64,000 nt of DNA from a virus. The stretch spans positions 1 to 64,000 of IMG/VR virus record IMGVR_UViG_3300031772_000009, one strand, 5' to 3'. The position numbers and the translations under genes were made by a program. Below are positions 20,689 through 30,773 of the stretch, in pieces. The notes below the pieces were generated by a model, which made no database searches, was not told the origin of the DNA, and worked only from the letters and a program-made list of their open reading frames with translations. How positions within the stretch are numbered: position 1 is the stretch's first letter; every line of letters starts with the position of its first letter.

Positions 20689-20745
20689 CTTTTTTATAGA
20701 AACCCTTAATAGTCTCTTCTTATATTCTTATGACATAGTGATAAA

Positions 20746-21543
20746 ATGCCTAAGACTAAAAAGATAGAAGAGAAATCAGATAAACCACAACCACCTAAAG
20801 CAGTGGTTTTGATTAGTACAGTTTCAAATATTGGTATGAGGAACGAGTACAGCGTTAACGCCATGATTCATTTGGCTTGGGTTTGCGGAGCATATGGAAT
20901 CCAGATAATCGCTGGAACATACGATGAATGCCCAATTAGCGTAGCAAGAAACATGGCTTGCGAAGAAATGCTTAAGAACCCCAAGATAACACATTTGTTC
21001 TTTGTTGATTCGGACTGTGTTCCAGACCCAGACACAATACTAAAGTTTCTCAGTTACGATTTACCAGTAGTTAGCGGCTGGTATCTAAGCAGAAAAGGTA
21101 GCGGTCTTCCAGTAGTGTTCAAACTTGAAGAATCCACAGAACACAAAACCATGCCTTCAATAGTTGCCCTTCACGACTTGTTCCCGAAATGGCGGAGTTA
21201 CAAGCTTGACGAACTGTTGACTTTACAGAAAGAAAAGAATGGACTAACAAAAGTGGACGGCGTAGGTGCTGGATGCTTACTGATTAAACGTGAAACACTC
21301 TCCCACCTTGACCAGCCATATTTCTTTGAAGACAACACCAAAAAATATGGTTTCGGAGAAGACTTGTTCTTCAGCCTCAACTGTAAACTCCACGACATTC
21401 CAATCTATGTTGACTTGAACAAGTTCTGCAAACACTGGACTTGGGGACTCATAGACATGCGACACGTCCAAGCATTGCTTCAACGGTCAAGACAAGAACA
21501 ACAACAAACAAAAACCCAACAACCCGAAAATCGCCCTATGTAA
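20746..21543 (+). CDS. glycosyltransferase family 2-like
   Basis: ARN, LFFVDSD, GAGCLLI, GEDLFF. Confidence 0.85.
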   Translation: MPKTKKIEEKSDKPQPPKAVVLISTVSNIGMRNEYSVNAMIHLAWVCGAYGIQIIAGTYDECPISVARNMACEEMLKNPKITHLFFVDSDCVPDPDTILKFLSYDLPVVSGWYLSRKGSGLPVVFKLEESTEHKTMPSIVALHDLFPKWRSYKLDELLTLQKEKNGLTKVDGVGAGCLLIKRETLSHLDQPYFFEDNTKKYGFGEDLFFSLNCKLHDIPIYVDLNKFCKHWTWGLIDMRHVQALLQRSRQEQQQTKTQQPENRPM

Positions 21544-21592
21544 CTCGATGGGGGTCTGTTAAAAACTAGGAGTATGTTTTTGGGGGTAACTG

Positions 21593-21817
21593 TTGATGGA
21601 AGGTAATATGACTCCGAAAGACAAAGAAAAGTTTGAGAGGATATGGAAGAAACTTGGCGAAAAAGAACTGAGCAATGACGATTTGAAACGGCTTGTCTAT
21701 TGGTTAATAATTGCATTGGGAGCAGAAGGTTGGTTTACTTTAGAATTAAAGGAAACGGCGAAACGTTTTGGAATCTTAGAATTACTTGAAGAAGGACTAA
21801 AATCTCCATCTGAATAA
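21593..21817 (+). CDS. hypothetical protein (C-terminus supplied by HNH cassette)
   Basis: tail duplicated at the end of the downstream HNH. Confidence 0.65.
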   Translation: MMEGNMTPKDKEKFERIWKKLGEKELSNDDLKRLVYWLIIALGAEGWFTLELKETAKRFGILELLEEGLKSPSE

Positions 21818-21856
21818 ACATAAGACTTATATCTCTCTTTTTACTTTATATTCTTT

Positions 21857-22414
21857 ATGTCTCAAGAAAATGAAAGATGTCATGAAAGACATAGAGAATA
21901 CTGTAGAAAATGGCGACAAACCCATAAAGAACAACTTAGAGAATATAACAAAAAATATAGAACCACTGAAAAATATAAGAAAAAACATAGAGAGTACTAT
22001 AAACATAATTCCAAAAAACATAATGAATATACTAAGAAATGGAGAGAACAAAACAAAGACCATGTTAAAGAATACACCAGAAAATACTATTTATTACATA
22101 AAAAAGAGAAGAATGTAGACCGCATGAATAGATTCCGAGAGTTAAAACAGAAATATGTTAACTTATTGGGTGGTAAATGTCAAATTTGCGGATATAATAA
22201 AGATAATGGAGCATTACACTTTCATCATTTAAATCCAGATGAGAAAGAAAGAACAAAGGAAGCTTTAAGAGTAGCTTTTGAGCCTAAAATAAGAAATGGA
22301 AGTATCCAGTTACTTTGTGCTAATTGTCATCAAGAAATACATGATGGATTCACGAATGAATTAAAGGAGACGGTTAAGAGACTAGGAATAGAAGACTGGT
22401 TCAAGAGAGAGTAG
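21857..22414 (+). CDS. HNH homing endonuclease
   Basis: LGGKCQICG..LHFHH..LLCANCH; basic helical repeats. Confidence 0.88.
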   Translation: MSQENERCHERHREYCRKWRQTHKEQLREYNKKYRTTEKYKKKHREYYKHNSKKHNEYTKKWREQNKDHVKEYTRKYYLLHKKEKNVDRMNRFRELKQKYVNLLGGKCQICGYNKDNGALHFHHLNPDEKERTKEALRVAFEPKIRNGSIQLLCANCHQEIHDGFTNELKETVKRLGIEDWFKRE

Positions 22415-22416
22415 CC

Positions 22417-22767
22417 GTGGACAAGAATAATCCTCAAGACCTCTACGACTGGTTCATAAGAGTGAGAATGGACGAACCACGTAACTGTAAAGAGTTACTT
22501 GATTGTGTAAAGGCATTCTTGTATTATATGGAAAATATGTATAGAAATCCAGAATCTAGTCAACTTTCACCAATCCTAAATCAACTAAGGCAAAAAGCTG
22601 GCAAAAACAGAACTGAATTTATCAGAAAGAAATTACTGTTGGGAGAGGACTTGGCGTGGTCTAGTCACGACTTGGAAGAAATAAGACGTGAAATTCATTT
22701 GGAAATTAAGAGGTTAGAGAAGAGAAAACGGAGACAAGCGTGGGAGTTAAGACATGCCAAGAGATGA
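22417..22767 (+). CDS. hypothetical protein, tandem paralog 1
   Basis: MDKNNP.DLY.WF..RM.EPRNC.ELLDCV shared with next ORF. Confidence 0.75.
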   Translation: MDKNNPQDLYDWFIRVRMDEPRNCKELLDCVKAFLYYMENMYRNPESSQLSPILNQLRQKAGKNRTEFIRKKLLLGEDLAWSSHDLEEIRREIHLEIKRLEKRKRRQAWELRHAKR

Positions 22768-22772
22768 AATAA

Positions 22773-23081
22773 ATGGATAAGAATAATCCAGAAGACCTTT
22801 ACAATTGGTTCATGAAAATTCGTATGGCTGAACCACGGAACTGTCAAGAACTTCTGGACTGTGTAAATGCAATCTTAGCGTATATGGAAGAACAATACAG
22901 AAAAGGAGATTCCAGTTACCAATCCAACATTACATTTCTAAGAAAGAAACTTTTGTTTAGGGAAGACTTGGCTTGGTCTGTTGAAGAGTTGGACAGAATA
23001 CGGGGCATAGTTCACTGGGAAATGAAGAGTATAAAGAGACGAAAACGTAAAGAAGAAAAGAAAGCTAAGAGAAAAGCTTAA
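22773..23081 (+). CDS. hypothetical protein, tandem paralog 2
   Basis: paralog of previous ORF. Confidence 0.75.
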   Translation: MDKNNPEDLYNWFMKIRMAEPRNCQELLDCVNAILAYMEEQYRKGDSSYQSNITFLRKKLLFREDLAWSVEELDRIRGIVHWEMKSIKRRKRKEEKKAKRKA

Positions 23082-23203
23082 ATAGTCTGTCACTGTCTTG
23101 AGTTTATAATGGACTAACTAATTACAAAAAACAGAATCTTTGCAATTGCTTACTAACCATTCGTTAACAGCGAACATTTATATACTCTAGCGAATATTGA
23201 TGG

Positions 23204-23358
23204 TTTTATGGAGAATGTTTATAAGTTTGGAATGATATTATATCTTTGTTTGTTGTCCCCAGTGTTCGTTAAGGACGCTGGTGTTTCATAGTCATCGGTT
23301 GTGAAGGCGACCCGTGAGTAACGTGAAGCCGACCAACCTTTGATATTTTCCCATAAAG
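23204..23358 (+). ncRNA. putative structured ncRNA
   Basis: TATA at ~23177; end pairing tttatgg/ccataaa; hairpins ccagtgttc/ggacgctgg and tcggtt/agccga. Confidence 0.4.
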
Positions 23359-23390
23359 ATTTATAAGAGACGAAGTTATTAGGGTAGACA

Positions 23391-23618
23391 GTGATTGAAA
23401 TGGTTGAGAAAATTAAAGTTGGATTGTTTGCACTTTTCCTTTCGCTCTGGATTCTAAATTTCTTTGGAGTCTACAAATACTTTGAGTGGCTGTTCGGACA
23501 AGAACTTTTGACTACTGTTGGAATAGTTGGAACAGTATTGGTTTTACCACTTCTTATTGTAGAATTCTTTCTCGGTATACTTATGCTTGGAGTATTTAAG
23601 GGAATAATGGAAGCCTAA
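23391..23618 (+). CDS. 2-TM membrane protein
   Basis: hydrophobic helices. Confidence 0.65.
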   Translation: MIEMVEKIKVGLFALFLSLWILNFFGVYKYFEWLFGQELLTTVGIVGTVLVLPLLIVEFFLGILMLGVFKGIMEA

Positions 23619-23633
23619 AAAGGCGAACCAGAA

Positions 23634-23939
23634 ATGGGATTGAAACAGAAAATCAGACAAGGAAAAGCCATTCATCTTAAATGTGGAACACCTATTTCGT
23701 TGCTTCCTCTTGGTTGGTTTTGTACTACGTGTAGTTCTTACATTGATAAGAGTATTGTTGTTCGAATTGAGGATGTAGATAAACTGTTGGATGAAGCCTT
23801 TAGAAAATGTGCTTACGTTGATTATAACGGGAAACCAGTATTTCTATGCTCTACTTGTAGCTTTTATCATGGTATGAAAAAAGGATGTTTATGGGAAGAA
23901 GATAGAAAAAAAATTAAATGGTTAAAAAAGGAAGCATAA
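23634..23939 (+). CDS. Cys-rich hypothetical protein
   Basis: CxxC motifs. Confidence 0.6.
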   Translation: MGLKQKIRQGKAIHLKCGTPISLLPLGWFCTTCSSYIDKSIVVRIEDVDKLLDEAFRKCAYVDYNGKPVFLCSTCSFYHGMKKGCLWEEDRKKIKWLKKEA

Positions 23940-24112
23940 CTGTGCATTTAGGTTTAGACGACATATTGTTTGCTCTGATTTTCATAATCTTCAATGCTTT
24001 CTTGGTTTCGATAGTGGATGGTTTACTACTGAAGTTGTGCTTTGCTGGATGGACGCTTTCAGTATTAGCCTTTGCAACCTACATAATTATTACGAGAGAT
24101 GAAAATGATTAA
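23918..24112 (+). CDS. small 2-TM protein
   Basis: hydrophobic. Confidence 0.55.
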   Translation: MVKKGSITVHLGLDDILFALIFIIFNAFLVSIVDGLLLKLCFAGWTLSVLAFATYIIITRDEND

Positions 24113-24476
24113 GATAACGAGTGACTTAGGCGAATTTCGGGAGAGAGAACACTATCACGAATGGATTGAGCCTTGGACATTCGGAGTATATAAAGGCAAC
24201 ACGATATGGTATAGATACCGTCCTAAACCTTTAAGCGTTACACTCACGATACTACATGAAATCATACACTTGATTATTGATAAAAGTCTATCTGTAAACC
24301 ATGCAACTTTATGTCTGTCAACTTTATGTCTGTTCAGAGATTTCTTAGACGGAACATTAGACTTCATTAATGGAATCTTGCGTTACCGAGAATGGCGTGT
24401 CTCAATCCATGCAAATCTACAATATTACGTTAAAGCCAACTTTAGACACTGGTGGACTTGGGTGCGGTGCAAATGA
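24099..24476 (+). CDS. small HExxH protein
   Basis: TILHEIIH. Confidence 0.6.
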   Translation: MKMIKITSDLGEFREREHYHEWIEPWTFGVYKGNTIWYRYRPKPLSVTLTILHEIIHLIIDKSLSVNHATLCLSTLCLFRDFLDGTLDFINGILRYREWRVSIHANLQYYVKANFRHWWTWVRCK

Positions 24477-24643
24477 AGGAATCACTAATTATTACTTGGA
24501 ATGGAATTCCGATGTTCATTCCAGCTAAAAATGCGACTAGACAGTTAATGATAGAGTTATGGTTTGACGGTGATAAAATCCTAAAGGAATTAGGTATACA
24601 GAAACTTAAGAAAAGAGACCCAAGAAAGGCATACATAGTATAG
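24473..24643 (+). CDS. hypothetical protein
   Basis: ATGA coupling. Confidence 0.5.
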   Translation: MKESLIITWNGIPMFIPAKNATRQLMIELWFDGDKILKELGIQKLKKRDPRKAYIV

Positions 24644-24705
24644 GAGTGAGAAATAGTCCATAAACGTTTATATACCAGAACGTGTGAGATATATAGGATG
24701 AGAAA

Positions 24706-24873
24706 ATGTTTGACCCGATAGAGTTTGACCCTACCCCATTCAACGAAATATGGAAGAAGATGAGCAGTGACGTAGCATTAATACTGGTTGGCATATTCGT
24801 AATCTTGCTCATAGCATACATCGTAGATTTTACATGTCGCTGGTACGAAATAGGAAGGAAGTATAGAACATGA
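24706..24873 (+). CDS. small TM protein (not in ORF track)
   Basis: 55 aa downstream of promoter 24658; ATGA overlap with next ORF. Confidence 0.5.
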   Translation: MFDPIEFDPTPFNEIWKKMSSDVALILVGIFVILLIAYIVDFTCRWYEIGRKYRT

Positions 24874-25136
24874 AAGCAATTGTAACTGTAAAACTTCCGA
24901 GAAATACGAGACATGACCCACGAAATAAAGAGTTTGGAGTGTGTCCACTCTCCAAGTTTCTTAAAATTTACATGTGTTGTTCAGACGTTACTGGAGAACA
25001 CCACTCTTACATTGAGACTGGAACATGTATGAACGATATAGAATGTAAAGCTAAAGGTAAATTCAGACATGTTACCAGAATAGAAGTTGCGGATGAGTGG
25101 GAACAACCAAAACATATAGAGGTAGAACATCTATGA
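24870..25136 (+). CDS. hypothetical protein
   Basis: C..C.D..G.HHS..H.TRIE. Confidence 0.6.
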   Translation: MKAIVTVKLPRNTRHDPRNKEFGVCPLSKFLKIYMCCSDVTGEHHSYIETGTCMNDIECKAKGKFRHVTRIEVADEWEQPKHIEVEHL

Positions 25137-25390
25137 AGAAACAAACAGTCTGTATAAATTGTAAAAAGACTTTCTGGAGTAAAGCAATCAAGAACAAAGT
25201 CACTAAGAAAATAGAGGCTCTCGACAATATCTGTCAACTTTGCAAGAACGGAATTAAGCAGAGACAGATGAAACGTGGAGAAACCATTAGGGTTATTCCA
25301 GCAGAGTTTGAGAGATATATAAGATTCCGAGAACTTTATATTGCTGAAGCAAAACGTAGACAAGAAGAAAAGGAAAAGAATGTGAGATAA
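25133..25390 (+). CDS. zinc-finger protein
   Basis: two CxxC. Confidence 0.6.
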   Translation: MKKQTVCINCKKTFWSKAIKNKVTKKIEALDNICQLCKNGIKQRQMKRGETIRVIPAEFERYIRFRELYIAEAKRRQEEKEKNVR

Positions 25391-25824
25391 TGGGATTCGA
25401 TATAGACGTATTGGTTAAGGCTTACGAAGTTTGGAAGAAAACTCCGCTAGGCAAACAGATGGTAGAGGAAGAGAAGACTTGGATTCCAATTGAAATACCG
25501 AAAGACCAATTGCCTATGGGTTGGCATCTTACAGATGGTGGAATAAAAGATGGTTACTTTATTTACTCTAACGAAGGTTACTCTAACGAAGTTCACGTAG
25601 AATCGTCATGGGATGGAATACCAGTTCATATGGGTGGATACCCAGACCATTATCATATTACCGTTTCAGTTGTTGAAGACGATAACTCATTTGACGAGGA
25701 AAACGAAACAGACTCAAGCGAATCCAGAGAAATCGGCAAGTATAATGTCAAGAAGTTAGGCTGGAAGAAAGCCTTCGAGATGGCTAACAACTTAGCCTTA
25801 TACCACATGAAGGACTCAATATGA
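25390..25824 (+). CDS. hypothetical protein
   Basis: operon coupling. Confidence 0.6.
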   Translation: MGFDIDVLVKAYEVWKKTPLGKQMVEEEKTWIPIEIPKDQLPMGWHLTDGGIKDGYFIYSNEGYSNEVHVESSWDGIPVHMGGYPDHYHITVSVVEDDNSFDEENETDSSESREIGKYNVKKLGWKKAFEMANNLALYHMKDSI

Positions 25825-25834
25825 AGGTGATTAA

Positions 25835-26107
25835 ATGGTAAAGAAAGTAGTTAAGTGTATTTGCGGAACAAACAACCCGATAAACACGGATAAACACAAT
25901 TATAGAGAGAAACGATGCCGAAACTGTCTACGAGTAATTGACAACCAGAGTCCCAAACAGAGAGTTCTAAGCGTGTTCCAAATGAAAAAGAAGGAAGCAA
26001 AGAAACTTAGCAGAGAACGATTCATCAATCGGCTACTTACTCAGAAGATGTCAATGAAAGAAATAGAGAAACGTTTGGATAAACAATTTGATTTTGAGAA
26101 AAACTAA
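25835..26107 (+). CDS. zinc-finger protein
   Basis: GGTGA SD; CxC..CxxC. Confidence 0.6.
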   Translation: MVKKVVKCICGTNNPINTDKHNYREKRCRNCLRVIDNQSPKQRVLSVFQMKKKEAKKLSRERFINRLLTQKMSMKEIEKRLDKQFDFEKN

Positions 26108-26136
26108 CCTTCCCTTTTGTTTTAGTGAGGAATAGT

Positions 26137-26153
26137 CCATAAAGCTTTATATA
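26137..26153 (+). promoter_or_regulatory. CCATRA-class promoter (example of >12 copies)
   Basis: ccataaagctttatata; related copies at 23351, 24658, 30888, 32034, 32884, 39006, 39988, 41344, 42462, 45601, 45909, 57484. Confidence 0.75.
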
Positions 26154-26177
26154 GGGCAAGTGTATGATATATAAGTG

Positions 26178-26342
26178 ATGAAAATGAAAGTCGTTAAAGT
26201 CCAAATCACGAAGTTGAGTGGAGTTAAAGATGTGTGGGCAATCAAAATCATCGGAGAAGTTGAGGGAGTAATGATGCCTATGGAGTCTCTGGAAGCCTCG
26301 TTCTATTCAGAAACCGAACCTAAAGTGGAAGTGATAAAATGA
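26178..26342 (+). CDS. small protein (not in ORF track), C-terminus supplied by HNH cassette
   Basis: 54 aa ending EPKVEVIK; ATGA overlap with HNH. Confidence 0.55.
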   Translation: MKMKVVKVQITKLSGVKDVWAIKIIGEVEGVMMPMESLEASFYSETEPKVEVIK

Positions 26343-26740
26343 CTCATAGCAAAGAATATATGCGAAAATGGAGACATGAACATCCAAAACAATGTAAGGA
26401 ACATCAAAGAAAATGGAGAAAAGAACATCCAGAACAAATTCAAAAATACTATCGAGAACATAGAGAACACGAATTGGAACGAATGAAAAAATACCGTCAA
26501 GAATATAGGGAAAAGATTTTTGCTAAACTAGGGAATAAATGTGTTAAATGTGGATTCTCAGACCCCAGAGTCTTACAGATAGACCACGTTCACGGTCACG
26601 GAATAAAAGAATGTAGAGGAATAGGTTCTAACTCGACAAAATTCTATAAAAAGGTTCTTGCAGACACTAAAGGGAATTACCAGATTCTCTGTGCAAATTG
26701 TAATTGGATAAAGAGACATGAAAATAGAGAAGAGAGATAA
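26339..26740 (+). CDS. HNH homing endonuclease
   Basis: LGNKCVKCG..LQIDH..YQILCANCN. Confidence 0.88.
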   Translation: MTHSKEYMRKWRHEHPKQCKEHQRKWRKEHPEQIQKYYREHREHELERMKKYRQEYREKIFAKLGNKCVKCGFSDPRVLQIDHVHGHGIKECRGIGSNSTKFYKKVLADTKGNYQILCANCNWIKRHENREER

Positions 26741-26768
26741 ACATGAAACCTAAAGTGGAGATAACAAA

Positions 26769-26951
26769 ATGAAAAGAAATAAAGATGGAAACGATATAAA
26801 TTTCACAGTTAGATGTTTAGACTGTAGAAAGCAATTGTCTGTCTCTATTGGATATGGCATTCCAGAGGAAAGTGAAGACAATAAAGTATTAGACTTCGTT
26901 AGGCTTCATCATAATGGACATAGAATAAAAATGATGGAGATAACTAAATGA
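26769..26951 (+). CDS. small zinc-binding protein
   Basis: CxxC...H..GH. Confidence 0.55.
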   Translation: MKRNKDGNDINFTVRCLDCRKQLSVSIGYGIPEESEDNKVLDFVRLHHNGHRIKMMEITK

Positions 26952-27105
26952 CAGAGTTATACTATCATGACCCCAAAGGTGGAAAGAAACATATTAAAGA
27001 GATAATCATTCACATGTTTGGAGAAGACGGTGAATGGCTGTGGTTCGAAATGGTTTTTGACGATGGTTCTAGTCTTCAGTCTTACAACTTTAAGGGAGTC
27101 TACAC

Positions 27106-27366
27106 ATGACAGAGAAAGATAAGCTAACAAGAGACGATTTTATTCCAGTAGACGGGGCAACGACACCTAAAGAACCTATAAGTTGGAAGTGGTTCTTTAA
27201 GGGAATAGTCAAAATATTCTACGTTTTATTGACAGAACCTAGAATACATGTAAAGAAAAGCCCAGTAAACATTAAGAAACTTGGGGAACAACAGAAGATT
27301 GATGAAGAGGAACAAGAAGACTTAGATAACCTTGACACAGAAATGCTGGACTTTTTAGGAGATTAA
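27106..27366 (+). CDS. hypothetical protein
   Basis: ORF with SD. Confidence 0.55.
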   Translation: MTEKDKLTRDDFIPVDGATTPKEPISWKWFFKGIVKIFYVLLTEPRIHVKKSPVNIKKLGEQQKIDEEEQEDLDNLDTEMLDFLGD

Positions 27367-27370
27367 AAAC

Positions 27371-27664
27371 ATGAAGTTTCAATGCCAAAATCCAGAATGT
27401 AAAAAAATATTCGTATACGCCGCAAAACGGACATCAACCGAATATAATCCCAACTACTCAGTGAAAGACCTACTTGAAACACATGAATGTCCATTCTGTA
27501 AAAGTCCGAACTTTGAAGAGTATGCCGAACCTAAAGTCATCGAGAAGATTTCAAGTGTCAAAAACGTGGAACTTGCCGAGGTTGACGGGTGGATAGCCCA
27601 AGGATACGAAGTTAAAGAATTATACGCAAAAACGGCAACAATGATAAAGAAGGAGAAAACATAA
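27371..27664 (+). CDS. zinc-ribbon protein
   Basis: C....C...CPFC. Confidence 0.65.
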   Translation: MKFQCQNPECKKIFVYAAKRTSTEYNPNYSVKDLLETHECPFCKSPNFEEYAEPKVIEKISSVKNVELAEVDGWIAQGYEVKELYAKTATMIKKEKT

Positions 27665-27665
27665 T

Positions 27666-28457
27666 ATGCTTACAGCCGAGATTTTACAAGAGATACTCGA
27701 TACTGGAATCGTTCTAGCTGGAGCTAAAAAGTGTGGAAAGAGTAATGCTTCTAAGGTTTTGGCTAGTGAAATAATAAAGGAACATCCAAACATTCAAGTC
27801 CGAATCTTTGACACTTGCCAAAATTGGGTTCACGGTTTCGAACCCGTCCTATGCCAAAAGATAAACGATGAGACAAGATATTTATACACTGGAAAAAGAA
27901 ACGTGTTGTACGACATTGAACTTATGGACATGGAAAAAATAATGGATGACATTGGAAAGATTGTTAGCCATGACTACAATGAACAGAGACTTTTGAAGAC
28001 GCAAAACAAGATGGACAGATGGATAGTCTACTTTATTGAGGAAGCCCAGAACGTTCTTGGAACTTATAGTTTGTCACGGGAGTCTGGAAAACTCTGGATA
28101 AAAATGATTAGTGAAGGACGCAATTTCAATATGGCATTTGTCTTCATAGGTCAACGTCTTGCAGACATATCTACAAAAGTAATAGAAAGAGCTAATGGCT
28201 ACCTATTTGGAAGAACATTTGGAGATAATGATAAGAAGAAGATAACTAGAATAGTTGGAGATGCAATAATGGATAAGGGTCTGGGAGACAATGAAGACTA
28301 TATAAAAATTACTGGAAATAAGATTGTTGAGGAAGTTTCTAAGCTGGAAACTGGAGAGTTTATCTACTTTAACGGTAAAGTTGGGAGACATATAAAATTT
28401 CCATGCTATACTTCTGACTCAACTCCAATACCATTATCAATAGAAACGCTTAAATAG
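27666..28457 (+). CDS. HerA/FtsK-like P-loop ATPase
   Basis: GAKKCGKS, IEEAQ, EGRN, QR. Confidence 0.8.
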   Translation: MLTAEILQEILDTGIVLAGAKKCGKSNASKVLASEIIKEHPNIQVRIFDTCQNWVHGFEPVLCQKINDETRYLYTGKRNVLYDIELMDMEKIMDDIGKIVSHDYNEQRLLKTQNKMDRWIVYFIEEAQNVLGTYSLSRESGKLWIKMISEGRNFNMAFVFIGQRLADISTKVIERANGYLFGRTFGDNDKKKITRIVGDAIMDKGLGDNEDYIKITGNKIVEEVSKLETGEFIYFNGKVGRHIKFPCYTSDSTPIPLSIETLK

Positions 28458-28491
28458 TAGAGTTACTATAATAATTATAGGTGAAATTAGT

Positions 28492-28983
28492 TTGGTATTG
28501 ACCGAAGAACAAAAAGAGAAGCAAAGGAAATATATGCGGGAATGGGCAAGAAAGGACAGAACCAAAAGTCCAGAGAAATATAGACAAGCAAGTAAGCGAT
28601 ATAGAGAAAAACTTGGAAAAGAAGAATATAATCGAAGACAAAGGGAATGGAACAAAAGAAACCCAGAAAAACAACTAGAACGTGATAGAAATTATAGAAA
28701 CAAACACAGACAAAAATATAATGAGGCAAGACTAAATCAAATAAAAAGAAAATGGATTGAAGTTATGACTATTCTGGGAGATGTTTGTAGTATTTGTAAA
28801 CATAAAGGCAAAAGAAGAGTATCTTGTCATGAAATTTATGGAAAACCTCATAAGGGGAATCCTTGGTACGTCCTTAAACATATTGAGAGGTTTATTCCTC
28901 TTTGTGATACATGTCATAAATCAGTTCACAGATACCATGAATATAAAAAGGAAATAGAAGAGTTAGAAAAGAAGATGATATAA
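28492..28983 (+). CDS. HNH-like endonuclease
   Basis: basic helical repeats; LG..CSIC..HE..PLCDTCH; GGTGA SD + TTG. Confidence 0.75.
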   Translation: MVLTEEQKEKQRKYMREWARKDRTKSPEKYRQASKRYREKLGKEEYNRRQREWNKRNPEKQLERDRNYRNKHRQKYNEARLNQIKRKWIEVMTILGDVCSICKHKGKRRVSCHEIYGKPHKGNPWYVLKHIERFIPLCDTCHKSVHRYHEYKKEIEELEKKMI

Positions 28984-28985
28984 CC

Positions 28986-29153
28986 ATGCCAAGATTAGAA
29001 TGTCCAGACTGTCTGGGAAAAGGATATGTGATAGTGAAAAGAATAAAACCACGTATTAGAGACGGAATATTTCAACGTGTAATATGTCCAAAGTGTAATG
29101 GGACTGGTTTGCTTCCTTCAGTATTTACGGGTGTAAAATTTGAAAGTCTGTAA
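28986..29153 (+). CDS. DnaJ-type zinc-finger microprotein (not in ORF track)
   Basis: CPDCLGKG ... CPKCNGTG. Confidence 0.65.
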   Translation: MPRLECPDCLGKGYVIVKRIKPRIRDGIFQRVICPKCNGTGLLPSVFTGVKFESL

Positions 29154-29239
29154 AGGACATGTTAAAAGTCTACGAAGGGGCATGACATACCAAATAGTTA
29201 ATAAGAAAGACTGTGAAATATGTAAGTTACTAGATAAAC

Positions 29240-29443
29240 ATGACTGGTGAAAATATGAATAGACTTTGGAGAATAAAGCATTGGTTCAAGTATGAACCTT
29301 CAATAGCTTTTGATTGGTTCATGGCTAAACTATTCCATATACTAGCTGAACTTACTGATAGAATAGGACGTTTAATATGTTGGCTTGGTAACTTGGATTG
29401 GGAGACTATTAAAAAAGAAGAGGAAGAAAAAGAAGATGAGTAA
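29240..29443 (+). CDS. hypothetical protein
   Basis: GGTGA SD. Confidence 0.5.
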   Translation: MTGENMNRLWRIKHWFKYEPSIAFDWFMAKLFHILAELTDRIGRLICWLGNLDWETIKKEEEEKEDE

Positions 29444-30773
29444 AGAACCAAATCCAGAAGAAAATGGAGAAGTAAAAAGAGGAAGTGTCTCAACAGTCTA
29501 TAACGAGAACATAGAGCATTTTGCTCAAACTTTACTGGAAGTTTTGGGCAAATTCAAAAGTCTGAGAGAACAACGTTACACGGAATTTTTTGCCACTGAT
29601 GATAAAGATATGAGTCGTATCTATATTGAATATCCACCATATCAACGTGCAGAAGCCATTTATGCCCATAACCGTTTCCTAGACGAACAAATAAAGTGTG
29701 GCAAAATTAAAGAGTCTGTAAGAATCGAAAATTATGATAGTGGCAAAGAAGTTTCTTCCTCATATGAGACAATACGGATTTCACGGGAAAAATACGAGAA
29801 CTTTTTGACTGAAGGATACCAATATTTCATTTGGGATGGCATAAGACTAACTCAAGAGATTTACTTTTCTGGAAGTAGCAGATATGTTCGTTTGTACTTT
29901 AGAAAAGCCGATACTGAAAAAGTAACAGAATTCATAACACAACTTCGCCTGTTCATGAAAAGCAATGCCTTGTTTAAAGGAGAAAAACTTCTGTTTACAC
30001 GTAGAGGTTGGGTGGAAATGCTGGAATATCCAAAGTTGGACTGGAATGATGTTATTCTGTCTCCACAAATAAAAAGAGAATTCGAACTCAACTTACTCAC
30101 TCCACTCAATGAAGGAGTAGACTGTATAGTAAAAGGCATTCCATGGAGAAGAGGACTATTGCTTGGTGGTTTGGCTGGAACTGGAAAAACGCAAGTTTGC
30201 AGAGTGCTTTGCAACCAATTAAAGGATGTGACGGTTCTTTGGGCGACACCTAAAGCCATTCAAGATGAAGATGATATAGCCATGCTTTTCGATGCGGCTA
30301 GACACTACTATCCAACACTGATAATAATTGAGGACATAGATTTTATAGGCGTAAGTAGAGATTTCTCTCAAGACCCAAGTTTAGGAGAACTACTTAGCCA
30401 ATTAGACGGTAACGACCCCAACTTTGGAATATTCGTTATTGCAACTACGAACAGACCAGAAATGCTTGACTCTGCTCTTGCAAACCGTCCAAGCCGTTTT
30501 GACGTTTTGATAGAGTTCAAACTTCCAGACAAAGAATCTTGCAAGAACTTGATAAAACTGTTCAGTAAAAACATGGTGTTTGACAAAGAATTAGATTTGG
30601 AAAACTTGGCATTGTCAATGAGAGATTTGACTGGAGCACAAATCAAGGAGTCATTCGTGTATGCTAGACTTGTAACAATATACAATAAAAAAGAGACGGT
30701 TGCAATTGAGGACGTTCTGAAGAGAGCGGAAAACTACAAATCAAAAAATGGTGCAGAGGCGTACAGAAAATAA
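29436..30773 (+). CDS. AAA+ ATPase (classic clade)
   Basis: RRGLLL.G..GTGKT, IEDID, ATTNRP..LD.AL.RP.RFD. Confidence 0.93.
   Translation: MSKEPNPEENGEVKRGSVSTVYNENIEHFAQTLLEVLGKFKSLREQRYTEFFATDDKDMSRIYIEYPPYQRAEAIYAHNRFLDEQIKCGKIKESVRIENYDSGKEVSSSYETIRISREKYENFLTEGYQYFIWDGIRLTQEIYFSGSSRYVRLYFRKADTEKVTEFITQLRLFMKSNALFKGEKLLFTRRGWVEMLEYPKLDWNDVILSPQIKREFELNLLTPLNEGVDCIVKGIPWRRGLLLGGLAGTGKTQVCRVLCNQLKDVTVLWATPKAIQDEDDIAMLFDAARHYYPTLIIIEDIDFIGVSRDFSQDPSLGELLSQLDGNDPNFGIFVIATTNRPEMLDSALANRPSRFDVLIEFKLPDKESCKNLIKLFSKNMVFDKELDLENLALSMRDLTGAQIKESFVYARLVTIYNKKETVAIEDVLKRAENYKSKNGAEAYRK

Noticed and set aside
28440-28990. Recoded terminal duplication around the HNHs at 28492, 62344, 1705 and 56140
   Set aside because: No convincing duplicated peptide was found, so these are not counted among the self-repairing cassettes.
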